Positions 48,900 to 62,786 of a stretch of DNA of 64,000 nt are shown in pieces (positions within the stretch are counted from its first letter, which is position 1; each line of letters begins with the position of its first letter). The notes under the pieces are model-generated. The model was not told the DNA's origin and did no database searches. It saw only the letters and a list, made by a program, of their open reading frames with translations. A program made the translations under genes and the position numbers. The DNA is taken from contig CM120648.1 of NCBI GenBank assembly GCA_051362555.1, forward strand, positions 12,954,587 to 13,018,586, in the 5' to 3' direction. Source of the DNA: Lingula anatina (Eukaryota; Animalia; Brachiopoda).

Positions 48900-49067
48900 C
48901 AGGCCCGTAGCCAGGGGGGGGGCGGGGGGTTCGAAAGAACCGCCCTTTTTGTCGGGAAAAGGTCCATTCTGGGTAAAATTTGATCTAGGTACACAGAGGT
49001 TTCATTGGACAAGGTCCACTTATTCAGAAAAAGAACCCCCCTTTTGAAATTGCTGGCTACAGGCCTG
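48900..49067. mobile_element. caggcccgtagcc-family MITE nested in a Helentron-type element (48734-49394)
   Basis: Intact TIRs and near-TSD taatg/tgatg. Confidence 0.8.
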
Positions 49068-50316
49068 TGATGGTTAATCTTCAGTCAATTACAAGTTAAT
49101 TTACCTCTCTGCTGGAAACATGATGCAAAAAGTAATGGAGAGATGGTGACCAAATTGTGAGGAAAGGTCGGGAATAGGTACTTTTGGGGAACCCAAAAGG
49201 GGGTGAATATTTGTAGCTTCTTAATTAGTTTATTAATTAGTTTACTTATTTATTAGTAAGTTATTTAAGTAACTAACCATTATGACGAGCAATTAATCAG
49301 TTAGTTAATAGTACATTAGACAAAGTGAAGATTGAATTAATTTGTTGAATAACTAATTTACAAAAGAATGCACTCTCCGAGTGCTATTCTAGTCAACTGA
49401 AAAAATTATCATGTTAAATGGCTTATGTTGCACTTTTTTGAGACTTACAAATAACCTAAATGCTTTATTCTAATATATTTGCCTTCAGTCCACATCCTTG
49501 TCACATATCATCATTAATTGACTGCATTAACTTTACCAATTCACAGCCCAAATGACTTAATCTTACCAAATGGAATTATTGCAAGTTGTGTGATATTTTT
49601 TTTTGGGGGGGGGGGGGGGAGCTCAGCATCTAATGGATAAATGAAATGCTGCTCAATAATTTGAAAATTAAAAATAGAGTTAGAGTAAAAACAGTTCCAG
49701 TAACATTTTATAAATGAGTCAGTGGTTAATGAGATAACAATATTTAAAGTTTATTTTAAATTATAATATAAATACACTTATACTTTCAATTTTTTAAAAA
49801 GTTTTTATATTTTAGTTTCTCAATAGCATATCAAACATTCTTTATACATTGCAATCTTAACCACTTCCAACAGAAAAAGAACAGAGCTTACTATTTTTTT
49901 TTATCAAATAACCAAACACAGCAATTTCTGCCAATAAAAGAATTGTTTCCACATTTTTGAAAGTTTCATTTTTTTCACTCAGAAGATTACCATACTGAGC
50001 ATCTGCTTATAAATACAGCATGTACTAGTACATTTATTCTTTACAGAACAGTTTCCCTCTGTAACACCTTTTAAAAACTTTTTCATCTTTTCTTACCTTG
50101 GAAAAACAGAGAAAACTTATAATAAATGGCAATGTCTTTCTTTCTCTAAAGTGGAAAGAACACAAGTGCTTGTTGCTAACAGAGGAAAAATAAATTAGCT
50201 CCAATGTGCAACCGTCACTTTCGAATTACTATATGCATTCTTTTATTTCCCCACAACACTTTTCCACCCTGATTTCTAATGGTTCAGTTCATAAAAGTCC
50301 ACTTCAGTCCCAGCCC

Positions 50317-53300
50317 CTACACCAATAGCACAGCGTTAATACAGCCATCATTTTCAGGGTTATTTGTAATCTGTGCATATTTTCCCCACACCACTTTTCC
50401 ACCCTGAGTCACAAGGCCCAGTTCACTAATGTTCACTTCAATGACAGTGCCCTTGGTTAGCACTCCTAGTGAGGTATACAGGGGGGAGCTGGGGTTCTTC
50501 TTCACTCCTATGATAGGGAGACAGAATGTGGCTTTTAACTCGGGGTGTGTCACATGGGCCTTCTTGTACCTCAGTCCCATTGGGCGAATAAATCGTTCAT
50601 ATTTTGGAGGTTTTCGTGTGAACCCATCCCCAACAAAGCATGGTTTGGTCACCATTCTCTTCCAAGCTTTCCGCTTGGATTTACCAGTTCGTACAACTTT
50701 GAAGACTTCAGCCTCGCTGACGCCTCGAACTTTAGGAAGTGGCACCTCCCACTTGCCAGCTTTTTCTTTTCGTTTTTGTTTCACCATGTTTGATAAAACC
50801 TTGGCTCTGGACTGTCCTTCGCGGTCCAGAAGATAGGCAGGCACAGCGCCCTCTGGGACCACGTCATCCTTCTTCTGTTTGGTTTTTCGTTCTTCGTGCA
50901 TTTTGATGGTCTTTTTCATTTGGACCTTCTCAGCATGTCGTTTCTTGTTGTACAACTTGGCCTTCAGACCACGTAACTTCTTTGCTTTCTCTGCCATCTC
51001 ATGGGGCTTTCGGCTTTCTTTCTTTCTCCTTGAAAATAAAATTTAACAAGGCAGCAAAGCTGTCAAATGTACAGACAAAAAGCAGGAAATAACAAAATAC
51101 GCTACTGTCAATTCTGATGTAAAAGTACATTATGTTAAACTGCAAATTCAACATAAAATTTTAATTATGCTCAACAGGTAATACCAATGTAAGTAAAATG
51201 TGTAACAAGCATAAGGCTTCAGGCCCATGGGAGTTCAAGTTCACACTTTGAAAATGTAAAACTTCCAAAAAAAAAGTCAATTAGACTGCTTTTCCAACTC
51301 GAGCTGCATTTTAGTCCTGTGTTTCTTTTTTAAAAGTTTGACAATCATAAGTAATATGGTTTTCCCATGATGGTCATCATGGCAGCAATACCCAATATTG
51401 TGTTTTCTTCTATTTTGATGCAATATTTCATAATGCTTAACAGCATAAAGAACATCAGTTTTTAATAATAAAATATATGTATCGTGGATTTTCAGAAAAT
51501 GTGACTAGCATGGGTCTTCAAGCCCAAGGTGGTTCTAAGTCACACCTTGAAATTGCCAATGTGTGAAAAATTAAATTTTCACAAAAAACTGATTAACTGC
51601 CAGAAAAATTTACCAAATAGACTGCACTGCCTAATGAAACTGTATTTTAGTCCCATGTTTCTTTCCTGTAAGTTTGAGAACAGTAAGTGACATGATTTTC
51701 CTTAAATGGTCATCAAGGGAGCAGTGTCCAAAATAGGGGTTTCTTCAAATTTTGATGCAATATTACATAATGTTTAACAGGATAATAACCATCAATTTTT
51801 AATAATAAAATATTAGTATCATGGATATTCAGAAAATGTGACTAGCAAAGGTCTTCAGGCCCATGGAACTTCAAAGTCACAACTTGAAAATGCCAAAATG
51901 TAGACAAGACAGTACTGTCCTGAAATGCATTTTTTTCCATTTTTAACAATTTTTTAACATATAACAAAATTAACACTTTACTGCCATTTTTACCAACTAA
52001 CTACCAACCATTTTTATCAACTAAGAAAATTGATGAGATGGGAAAAATATCAATAGAACAGTGTTTAATGTCCAATTTCCTCCATTCTGAGTTTCTGAAC
52101 ATAGTGAATGAATGAATGAATCTGACAAACTGCAATGATAAGAGTTTATTTCCATTTTTGAAACTCTATTATACAATACATGATAACAAGCTTACCATCA
52201 TTTTTACATAATCAACTAACAATGTTGTAAAGATGCAGGAAATGTTAAACAAAGACTTTTACGTATCTTATTAGTTAAATAATGAGACTGTTAACATGCC
52301 TAAGAATTGAATCTGAGGAAATGTGAAACAAGACAGTACTGTTATGAAATGCGTTTATTTCCATTTTTAACACTTTTTTAACATAAAACAAAATTAACAG
52401 TTTACTGCCATTTTTATATGATCAACTAAGAAAATTGATGAGATGTGAAAAATATCAAAAGAACAGTGTCAAATGTCCAATTTCCTCCATTCTGAGTTTC
52501 TGAACATAATGAATGATTGAATCTTACAAACTGCAATAATATGAGTTTATTTCCATTTTTGACACTTTATTACACAATACACGATAACAAGTTTACCATC
52601 ATTTTTACATAATCAACTAACAATGTTGTAAAGATGCAGGAAATGTCAAACAAACACTTTTACGTATCTTATTAATTAAATAATGAGACTGTTAACATGC
52701 CTAAGAATTGAATCTGAAGAAATGTGAAAAAACAGCATAACTTATAAAATAATGGCCCGATTATGCTGATTTTCGAACTTGACCTGCGTTTTAGTAAGAT
52801 TGATTACTCTTGTGAGTTTCATGACAACAGGCCTATCAGTTTTCATTGAAATGTGTTAACAGTGTTGCATATATGCTGAAAAGTGAAAAAACAGCATAAC
52901 TACTAAAATGGTGGCCCGATCATGCCGATTTTCGAACTTGACCTGCGTTTTAGTAAGATTGATTACTCCTGTGAGTTTCATGACAACAGGCCTATCGGTT
53001 TTCTTTGAAATGTGTTAACAGTGTTGCATATATGCTGAAAAGTGAAAAAACAGCATAAATTCTACAATAATGGCCCGATCATGCTGATTTTCGAACTTGA
53101 CCTGCGTTTTATGAATATTCATCAGCTCTGTAAATATAAAGCCAAAAAGTAAAACTGTCTTCCACTTATGGTGTTAACGCTGAAAGTGCACGGCGACGGC
53201 GACATCGACGGCGACATGAACGGCGACGGCGACGACAGACGCAGGTGATGGCAATATGTACAGACACATCTGTGTCTGTACATAAAAACAATGTAAATTT

Positions 53301-54190
53301 TCTTTTCAATTCCACTGAATACTTATCATATGCATCGAAAGACTTCTCTTTTTAAAACCAGACATTTTGAATAATTTACTTTTTCTTTTAATATATCTCT
53401 ATATGCAATATCTTATCATAAATCAACAACCATTTACTAAACAAGATGGAAACATAATGATCTGGTTACAATGGAAATATTTCCTGTGGTTTCATACATT
53501 TGATTCCAGTCCTGTGTAACTGGCACATTTTCCAAATTTTACTCTGTGCTTGCAAGAAGAAGGACATGACAGACTGGGCAATAATAACACATTTAGAGTC
53601 TCAATCAAATGTTTCTCTCATACATTGTTGTTGCCTACTGGGGTACAGTAAACAAGCTAAACAATATCCACCTACCCCCCAAGTCTCTTATTCTTAATAT
53701 TTAATATACTGTAACCAAAATTATGTTATTATTAAGTGATGACTTTGACCAATGTTTCTGCTATTCAAGTAAATTTATTGGGGAATTTATCCACTTATTT
53801 CCTTTTTTTTTTAATTTAACTTTTATACTTATTGACTAGTAAGATTACAGCATATTTTCAACCCAGTGATGGCCCCAGCCCTCACAATATTCCAATGACA
53901 AAGTTTCATGCAAAAAACATTGTTAAGTTTGTAAATAATTATGTATCCAAATAGCCCAGACACTGATTAAAGTCACCTAACAAACTAATTTAGAAAAGAT
54001 ACTGAAAGTCACAGAGTTAAATAGTGGAGATAAATACTGTCAAAGTGCCCTTGTGGGAGTGCAAGATTGAATGACTTAATGAATGTCTTTTTAAATTAAA
54101 AATGTATTTGAGCACTTACTTTTTCTCGTGGTAATCCAAGCGGTAGCCATGCCGCTTGCGATGGAGCTCTATGTGCTCGTTCTGTGGCAT
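50317..54190 (-). CDS. NSA2: Ribosome biogenesis protein NSA2 homolog (260 aa)
   Basis: Coding exons 54120-54190 ([23 protein letters not shown]) and 50317-51028 ([34 protein letters not shown]...[23 protein letters not shown]), 783 nt in total. The sequence is recognisably NSA2. An acceptor at 54225-54227 implies an upstream non-coding exon. Confidence 0.97.
51046..53286 (-). mobile_element. Helentron-associated element (same family as 7343-9090) in the NSA2 intron
   Basis: Identical ends (acaaggcagcaaagctgtcaaatgtacagac; atgtacagacacatctgtgtctgtacat) and (GGCGAC)n. About 3 units of a 159-bp monomer (52722-53185), plus about 410-bp and 300-335-bp internal duplications. Confidence 0.8.
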
Positions 54191-54537
54191 ATTTAGGAGT
54201 TGATGCGGTTACTTGAGCAAGAATCTGAAAACAGGAATTTACGTTGTTGTTCGATGAATCGTTAATCATGTTTATTAAAACAAAAAACTCCTTATTTACC
54301 TGTCCACAATTAAACACACAATGAAATTTGTAAACGAGAGATTTATAAACAGACAATATGAAATACTGGACTTGCCTTCAAATAATTTTAAAACGTGTCG
54401 AGAAGAAATCTTGAATACTGATTTTAGGAGCCACGTCAGCTAATTGTCTCCACAGGTTATCGAGGAAGGGCTTTACTAAAGTAACTGTATATTCCATCAT
54501 TATAAGTTCAACTTTAATAAAACATAACTGATCTTAC

Positions 54538-54662
54538 CTATTCAATTTCGACTGAATGTGGAAATTATCTTGTTGACCACGAGGGAACAACATGGAAGTC
54601 TTGCAGTATCGCTCGCTAGTTTATCTCCAATGAAGTTGAAAACGAGGCTACGTGAGGACGAG
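54538..54662. promoter_or_regulatory. Putative bidirectional promoter with first exons of NSA2 and the zinc-finger gene
   Basis: A minus-strand donor AG|gtaaga at 54538/54537 and a plus-strand donor AG|gtgaga at 54662/54663 face outward 125 bp apart. CpGs are more frequent locally. Confidence 0.55.
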
Positions 54663-55856
54663 GTGAGAAAAAGTTTATTATTGTACTTTAAAAGTACCCA
54701 GGTACTCTTCGCGTCTTTTATTTACCATGCTGATCCCTTAGATTACTTCAAATATGATGCATATGACAGGTTTTTAGAGAGACATGAGAAATCTGGAACA
54801 GAAGACTAGATTTCATACTAGGCTCCTGCAAACAAACTTGCACTGAATGAAAGTTGGAAATATGATTGGAAATGATACTGTGAGTGTTAACAGGGGGCAT
54901 TCTCGCAGCCCCCAGACGTAACTTCAGATACCTTTCTTGCGCAGAAGTTCTAGCTTTACAACGAAGAACATGCACATGTATTAATGTCCATGGCTGCAAA
55001 AGTAAAACTGTGGTGTTAGCAAACTCCAATCCCAAAGAATCTCTGTAGTGTAATTTATTACTGAAATAAATTACAGCAGCTACATGTCAATGCAGTGTCG
55101 CCATCTATAACAACACAGTTACTGAAGTGGTCTTTTTGCCAGAGTGGTGAACACGATCTTGATGTGACTCTGATGGGGAGTGAAAAAACCCAGAAGATCC
55201 ATCATTCTGCAGACATGTCTACTGTACATTTGTCATATTAAGTTCATAGCATGTAGTTATAGTTACTATACACAGGGATGGAGGGATGCCGTCTTCTGGG
55301 TCTTCTGGCAGATGATCAGAATTTTTTTAGTTTTTATTAACGGGCATCATATTTTTCTGTCGGAAAATGGTCAAGATTTGAGGATGGATCAACAGATAAT
55401 TTAAAAGACTGTCGGAAAATATCTTTGGATCCGTCCCTGCTACATTACAGTGTTTAATTTAAGGATTAACTGCCCAGTATTTGGTACGATGTAAATATTT
55501 GAAAGTCTTTGGAGTCCTTAACCGTCTTCAGAGATAAATATTAAATAAAACTTAAAGGGATTGTTTAGCATATCAGATGATTTTTTTTCATTTCCAGGAT
55601 GCATCAAGCCTTAGGCCAACAGCTGGTAGCAGGCAACAAGAGCAAGCAAAGAGCATCATCAAATCAGTCTCCATATTTACATATCTTACCAACAGACTAA
55701 TGTAACCAGGCAACCAAGCTGCTGTAACCAAGTAAAAACCAATGTTACTAGGCAACAAGTTAATGTGTGTTGGTAACTAAACTAATAAGAATACAGTCCA
55801 CATGCTGGATTCCCGTGACCTGCTGCCCATCCTTTTTACCCACAATCCTCTCTGTC

Positions 55857-57945
55857 ATGGGGTCCATCGGTGAGATTGAGGTCTGTCTCCCCGTCCCTGT
55901 GTTTGTGGCTGCTGTGAAACTGACCCAGGAACAGTCCGTGGATTACATAGGAGCAGACAAGCATGGTCAGTGCGAGAAACGAAAATGACATGGATGTGCC
56001 TTCTGGTCTCATTTCAGTTAAAATTTTAGAATTTTTATATGGAAACTTCAGCACTTTTTGTATAATTTTTAATATATGAACCTTTATTTTTTTAAGGATA
56101 TGCAATTTTTTGTAAAACCTTTAATCATTATGAACCTTTTTTCAAGAACATTGTATTTAATTTTATTGTCCAAAATGAATGTCACCAGTCAACAACAGAA
56201 ATAATTCAAAAATTAAAATTAAAAAGACCAGTTCATAGTTCATAATTATGTCAACAGTTTTGGAATTGGGTTACCTTGGTGAGGAATTTTCTCTCTGAAA
56301 TTAAAGACTTGCTACTAGTATATAAAGGTCTGATGCTTGTTACGTTAATCCCCCCCCCCCCCAAAAAAAAAAATAATAATAAATAAATAAAATAAACTAA
56401 TTGATAACTTGCCTTTGTTTTGGTGTAACATTTTCATTTGGCTAATGTTCTTCAGTAGTCTGCATAACAGATTTTTCTCATTTCCCCAGGTGTCTTGTGA
56501 GATATTATTTAAAGCATTTTAATATAGGAATGAAAGGAACTTGAAGTTTAAATTCTGTTATAATTGTACCATAGGAATTTTGTAACATTGTTTGGTGGTA
56601 TTATCTGTTTTCTTAAGATAAATATTTTTATGTATTTTTCATCCAAATTTTATATGAATTGCAACAGATCACTAACATATAATTATGTCTTACTCTGTCC
56701 TAGTTGGTTTATGATTTGTTTTCTGTTATAGGTGACTATAAGTATGGCCTGCACATAACACGCAGTAACAAGTTAGTGTCCATGAAAGTCTCCCTGCTGC
56801 GCTCTGGGGACAGCGACGGCCATTTCAAGATTCAGATTGGGGATGTCATGCGAGTTGTTGCGCCTTCTAGTGACCAATCTCATTCAAACTCTCCTCACCT
56901 TGAGGCTGTTTCTTCACCAGAAAAATACATCGAGGTATCCAAAGAGCGTCGGTCGTCACCAGACAAGGATGTGGAGTGTCTTGGGACTACTTTTGCTCCA
57001 AATCCAAGGCGTAGTCTTGCACCAGAATATACAGGAACACGTAAGCGTAAACTAATGGGACGTTTTATTGGTTCTCTCACTTCTGCTCCCCCAAACAAAG
57101 TCAATTTACTGTCATCGGCTTTAAGGAGGGATTCTCAGCAAAATGTGAGTGGTGAGTTACAGCAAAGACAGTCTAGTGGAATGGTCAACGGTGGTGTCCA
57201 GCCTTCCCTTGACCACCTGACTCCCTCTTCTCCCCCGTCACGGCAAAGGAGCACCTCCCACTCCTCCGAGGATATCAATAACTCCTCTCAAACTGACCTG
57301 AGGATCACAGATGTGAGGACAGATTCAGCGAACATTAATTTCACAACCCCCAATGCTCCCACAAATAATGCTTACCATTCCCAGAATTCCATGCCACAGG
57401 CACAGGCAATATACGAGGCAGGCGAGTATTTCAGTTTAATGAACTCTAGGATCAGTCCAAGTGTAACGTCATTAAATGCCAGTATGCAAAGTGAGGGTGC
57501 AAGTGACACTCCGCAGCAGACTGACCCTCAAGGTCAAGTTTATATTCCTGTGACCTTGAAAAATGATGGTCAAGGTTATGAGGGGGTGCACATAGAGGCT
57601 AGTGACTCTGCAGCGACTTTCACCTCCTCGAATGTATTGTCTTCAGTCACCACTTATGAAAACAAATCTATGCCTTTTGATAACCGATCTCTTGCAAAGA
57701 AAGTCAAAAGGAAATATGTCAGCTGTAGATTTTGCCCAATATGCAACACTCCTCAGAGAAACTTACACACGCATTTGGAGCGCGTGCACCATCTCAATCG
57801 CGACGCTCGCCAGGAGTGGTTGCAGAGAGAGAAAATGGCAAGGCTTGAACGAAGGAACAATTTGGTGCGACGGATGACCCTGCCTCATGTGCCAGTGAGT
57901 TCTGAGTTACCCCAGTCCGATCAGACTGTCAATGAGGAGGGATAA
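55857..57945 (+). CDS. Uncharacterised ~440-aa protein: short beta-rich N-terminus, long Ser/Pro/Gln-rich region, C-terminal C2H2-like zinc finger
   Basis: Exon 55857-55965 (gtcATGg; MGSIGEIEVCLPVPVFVAAVKLTQEQSVDYIGADKH, donor G|gtcagt) joins in phase to 56732-57945 (acceptor ttatag; 413-aa ORF containing CPICNTPQRNLHTHLERVHH). Probable upstream UTR exons end at 54662 and start at 55598. The start codon choice is inferred. Confidence 0.7.
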
Positions 57946-60442
57946 ATGGATAGAACTGATACCAGGAACCTGTTCTACAATATAATTCTAGCACAAAAAT
58001 TGGTCTTAGTCTTTAGACCAAAAATATAACCTTCTTCAGGTTAAGATAAATTCAATAAAAATCCAATAATGAATCAAGTAGGTTGTGATCTACAATGTAA
58101 ACCTTGTCTGCTAGGCTTCAAAACAGGCGCAATGTTTCATTTATTTAAACAGCTGCTGATTTCATTTATGTCATAGTAAATTAAAATTTTGGTCTAAAGG
58201 TTTTGGACAATTTCCTGGTGGAATCTCCATAATGAGGCAAGCACCATGGCAGACGGCTATGGCATGAACTTACAGAGACACCTTTACCAAACACAGAAGT
58301 CATGTCCTATGGAACTTAGCTATTATTTTTACCTATTTTTCAATGCCTTGTTTGGTATGCGGTGTCTAACTCAACTTCTACACCCTGTCAAAGGACTGGA
58401 GTTTCTTGTTTTTTTTTTTAAAACTGAGAATAGAGAAACTTGTATATAGATTTAATAAAACCATAGAAAATAATCTTCCACACTGGAAGATTGATATAAT
58501 GCTCACTGGAAGGTATAGAATTAATTTTGTATCAGAGAATTCTTGAGAGATTTGTAATTATGTGCAAAGAAATGTAGTTAGTCAGTATGGTTATTTTTCA
58601 TGAAATCGTAATGATCATTATTTTATTGGAATTCTACAAAGCTTTGCTTTTGGGAATTATACGTGACAACATGTGATAGCAGTGCTAGAAATGTTTGTTA
58701 ATAAACTGATGTGAAAATGATGGCTTTTAGACACTGAAATAAGAAGATGTTTAAATTAGGAATAATTACTATGAACATGGAGGCATTCTTGAAGGGTCAA
58801 ATGTTGTTGTGCAATTATAAGAGAGGTTTTCAGTTCTGTCCCTAAAATATTTAATATTTAAGGCAGAAACAGAACAGTCATACTTTTGTAGGTTCAGATA
58901 TTGTCTTCAAGTTTTTAGATATTTGATTTTATTATGCAACAAAATGAAAATGTATACAAGACGTAGATTAACCCACGAATGAATATTAACACTACATTGT
59001 GTAATTTTATTTGTATAGACTCTCTGATTATTTTAATGCATTTTATTTTGACAGCAGTCTGTTTTCTTTGACTTACGTTTTAATTTTTTAAAAATGCATG
59101 GTGTGATAATTACCCAAATAAGAAATTTATATGATAATAGATATAGTTACTGCAACAAGTGGAAATGATAGCAAGAAAGGCATCGAAAGAAAATTAAAAG
59201 GTTAGAATCTCATTTCTATAATTTTGAAGTGGCCTACTTACAGACTTCTTGCAGGCTGAATAGAATTTCAGTGCAGTCAAGAAACCAAGATGCCTTGGTA
59301 TCATTCATAGAGCGCATTCAGAGCTGCAGACTAACAGCAGATCAAATATGGCGACCAACTAAAAAGTTTGCCACTTAATTCCCATTTAGACACTGAATAG
59401 ATTCCCTGAGGGAATTATGCAACAAGTATCCAAGTGGGTCAGCCATATTTGATCTGGGATCAGTAAGTCCACCGCTCTGAAGGCGCTCATATACATGTAG
59501 AGAGATCAAAAAAAGATGATTTTAGACTGGAAACCCCCCACAAACTGTCCGTATAGGATGGGGCATTCTGGACACATGGAATCATATTCATTGCTACACA
59601 TTGTTATAGCAGTGCCCAGATAGAAATTTTATTACTTGCTGCATATTTTTCACATACAAGGCCTATGTAATGTGGTATATGCATGGAGTTATAGGTTTAG
59701 CAGATTTATTTGCCAAAGTGTTGAATTCAGCTAAAAACATAAGATTAGCGCCATGCAATTAAAAAAAACCATTACTAGTAACCAGTAAGACATTGCAATA
59801 TTTGTTAATTAGTTATCTGTTTATGTTAGATATAATGCTTAATCATAAATGCAGTCAATTCTATGTACTAAACCTCTCGTCCACTCACCCGAGACTGTGA
59901 TGGTTGCTGATGACGTGACAGTAACATAAGTCATAGAGGATATCTAATATTGCAAATGTTGGGGCAATATGATGGGAGTTGAATTATGTCTTACATTGAT
60001 GTTTAATTAATGCTGCTTAATAAACTACATGGTTGTTGTTGGAGAACTACTCGAGCAACTCTCCTAGGCTGTAATTATATATACAGTAATTTTAAAGGCA
60101 ATACACAGATTGTAAAAAAATATATATATAAATCATAGGTATACTGTATTATATAAATAAGGCAAGAATTCAGTAAGGTATAGTAAACAGGAGTTTATAG
60201 ATAGATATGTAGATGATAAGAGTTCTTACTTATAAAGATATTTTATATAACAAATACTAGTGCCACAAATAGCTGGTAAAAGTTAATAATACAGATTTGT
60301 ACAGAGAATGTTCAGATTATGTACAGAATATATGTTATATAAAAGCAATAATACAATCGAAATGCATGTGTGTATTTACATCTTGATTGATAATAGAGTA
60401 ATTAGCCTGATCAAGATTCAGTTCAGTGGTATATACCTACTC

Positions 60443-60716
60443 CCAGGGTGGGGGCCAGTCCTGTGGTGCCCTCTGACTCTCAGGGTGGGGACCAGTTCTG
60501 TGCTGTTCTCTGACTCTCAGGGTGGGAACCAGTTCCGTGGTGCCCTCTGACTCTCAGGGTGGGGACCAGTTCAGTGGTGTTCTCTGACTCTCAGGGTGGG
60601 GACCAGTTCCGTGCTGCTCTCTGACTCTCAGGGTGGGGACCAGTTCCGTGGTGTCCTCTGACTCTCAGGGTGGGAATCAGTTCTTGCTGCCCTCTGACTC
60701 TCAGGGTGCTGATCAG
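60443..60716. repeat. 37-bp minisatellite, about 7 copies
   Basis: ctctgactctcagggtggg recurs at 60471, 60508, 60545, 60582, 60619, 60656 and 60692. Confidence 0.95.
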
Positions 60717-62754
60717 TTTTTATTTTTTATGACCCTTTAAGACTTCGGGTGGAGACTACATGACTGAATACAGTTAAACAATGACCAAGGTTGTGTCACC
60801 TGCAGAACGTATTTGGCACAAGTTGACATTGTCACCGCTTTTCTGACGAAACACACTTATCGTCTGAAGTGTCAACATACCTGTGGTATTTCCATTACGA
60901 AGAGAGCAAGAGATTTCCGTATAAAAAATACAAGAGACTTTTTTCTGGGGTTGTGAACATTTCTATTGTACTTAAATGAGTCAACCTTGCAACTGTCAAG
61001 TATTAAATCATTAAAGAAACTTCTCATAAAGCAAGTGTTTTCAGCCAATTAATATTTCATCTAGCTATCTTACCGAAAAAAGTAACTTATTACAAAATAA
61101 GCCCTAAGTATTATTGCGATTAAAAATTACCCTGCCTCGTTTTCAAAACCATCGTGCATGAACCTATACCTTTCAAACGTCCATAAAGTACATTCTCCAC
61201 TTCCAGTTTCTTTCACTAAATCTCCCTCCCAGTGTATGCACAGTATCTGGGATCCAAAATTTATCTTATCTCTTAGAAGTAATACTGTCAACTAAAACTG
61301 AAGGTTGTCCTAAACAAGAAAACTGTAAGCGACTTCACCGCCTCGGCTGTGGACCCTGTTACATTAATATAGGGCGCACTCAGAACAAGTTGATCTGCGG
61401 ACTAACTAGTCTTTCTTACGACGAAGGACGAAACAAACAATCAAATATATTGATATATTAATGTACACAACTTACGGTCCAAATTAAATGGTTTTTTGTT
61501 GTTATATAGAGCTCTATAATCGAAACAATACGACATCAAAAGTTACAGTCCTGTATATACCAGTATAGCGCCGAATGCAAATGCTGACGTTTACATGTAC
61601 TTGCAAAAGACCATGTTTTGCTAAGGAGTTATAACTCCTTGGTTTTGAATACAACAAATAACATAAATAAACCATCCGCAGATTTCACCAAGCACAAAAT
61701 GCTGCTCATAAGGCCGCTTTCTAGCCTGCAGGCGAAGACACTGTGAACAAGATAGACTGCCAACAGTATATTATGTGCTATATCAATTTCTCGTTATTGT
61801 CATTATAACGGTGCGACAGATGTCGTTGATGCCTGCACTTTGGGAAAGTTGCCTTGCGCTTCATTTCTCGTAGTTTTGCCCTCTGTGTCCTATAAGCTGA
61901 TTATAAGCTGATCAAAAAGCTACGTTTAATGATAATAAAAAGAGCGTTGTTTTTTATCGTTTGGTAAAAGAGGATATTCAAAATTCAAAAATAAACTTTT
62001 CTCCATTGTCTTTCTCTTCCTACCTATCACTTATCTCTTCTCTGTTCTAATTATCGACCAAATGAGTATGGCATTACCACTTGTTTCGAGTTTTTATTGG
62101 ATTTGGTAAGGGTACACAAAATGGGTCTCTCTTTCCCGTTCGAGTTCATCATTAACTTGTTTTCCTTATTATATGAATCATCATGACTGCGGTCATAATA
62201 CAATGTTTCTATCTCAGCCTGAGGCGGGTGCATTGTGTTAGGCTAATAGCGACACAATAACTTGGCAAAACCCCGATGAATTTCGAACAAAATAGATTTT
62301 GCCTCTGAACACAGAAATTTCTCTCCGTTTCTCTCCTTTTATTCGCCGCTTTTCCCCCTTTTGCTCATGCCTGTTTCTCATTATCTCTCTCTAAATAAAT
62401 TTAAAAAGAAAGAGAGACATGAAAAATATTATCAGATTTTCATGATTCCTATTTCATACTGAGCAGTATTGGAGAATAAGGAAGCAATGATTGAAAAAAA
62501 TGCTTAAAGAAACAGTACGTTGGGAAGATATCGCCTACGAATATGTCATGGCGTATGGCTACATCTAAATCGCCATCCTATCTCTCTCTCTCTCTCTCTC
62601 GTTTTTTTTTTTTTTTTTCTTTTTTTGATAATATGCAGACGAAGAGAGGAGTAGATGAATGCAACCCACGTCGCTGCCTAAAATAAAATTCATTCTTCTG
62701 CAAGGAGGCAAAAGACAATTTGACCACCACACTCCCCCTCCCAAGAACACACAA

Positions 62755-62786
<32 letters not shown>

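Noticed and set aside
50429-50836. Plus-strand ORFs of 135 and 82 aa
   Set aside because: Antisense shadows of the NSA2 coding exon.
60443-60716. 37-bp repeat as a CRISPR array
   Set aside because: The variable parts are only about 10 bp and related to each other. There are no cas genes and the context is eukaryotic, so it is an ordinary minisatellite.
62051-62233. 60-aa minus-strand ORF as an exon
   Set aside because: No recognisable motif and no partner exons identified.
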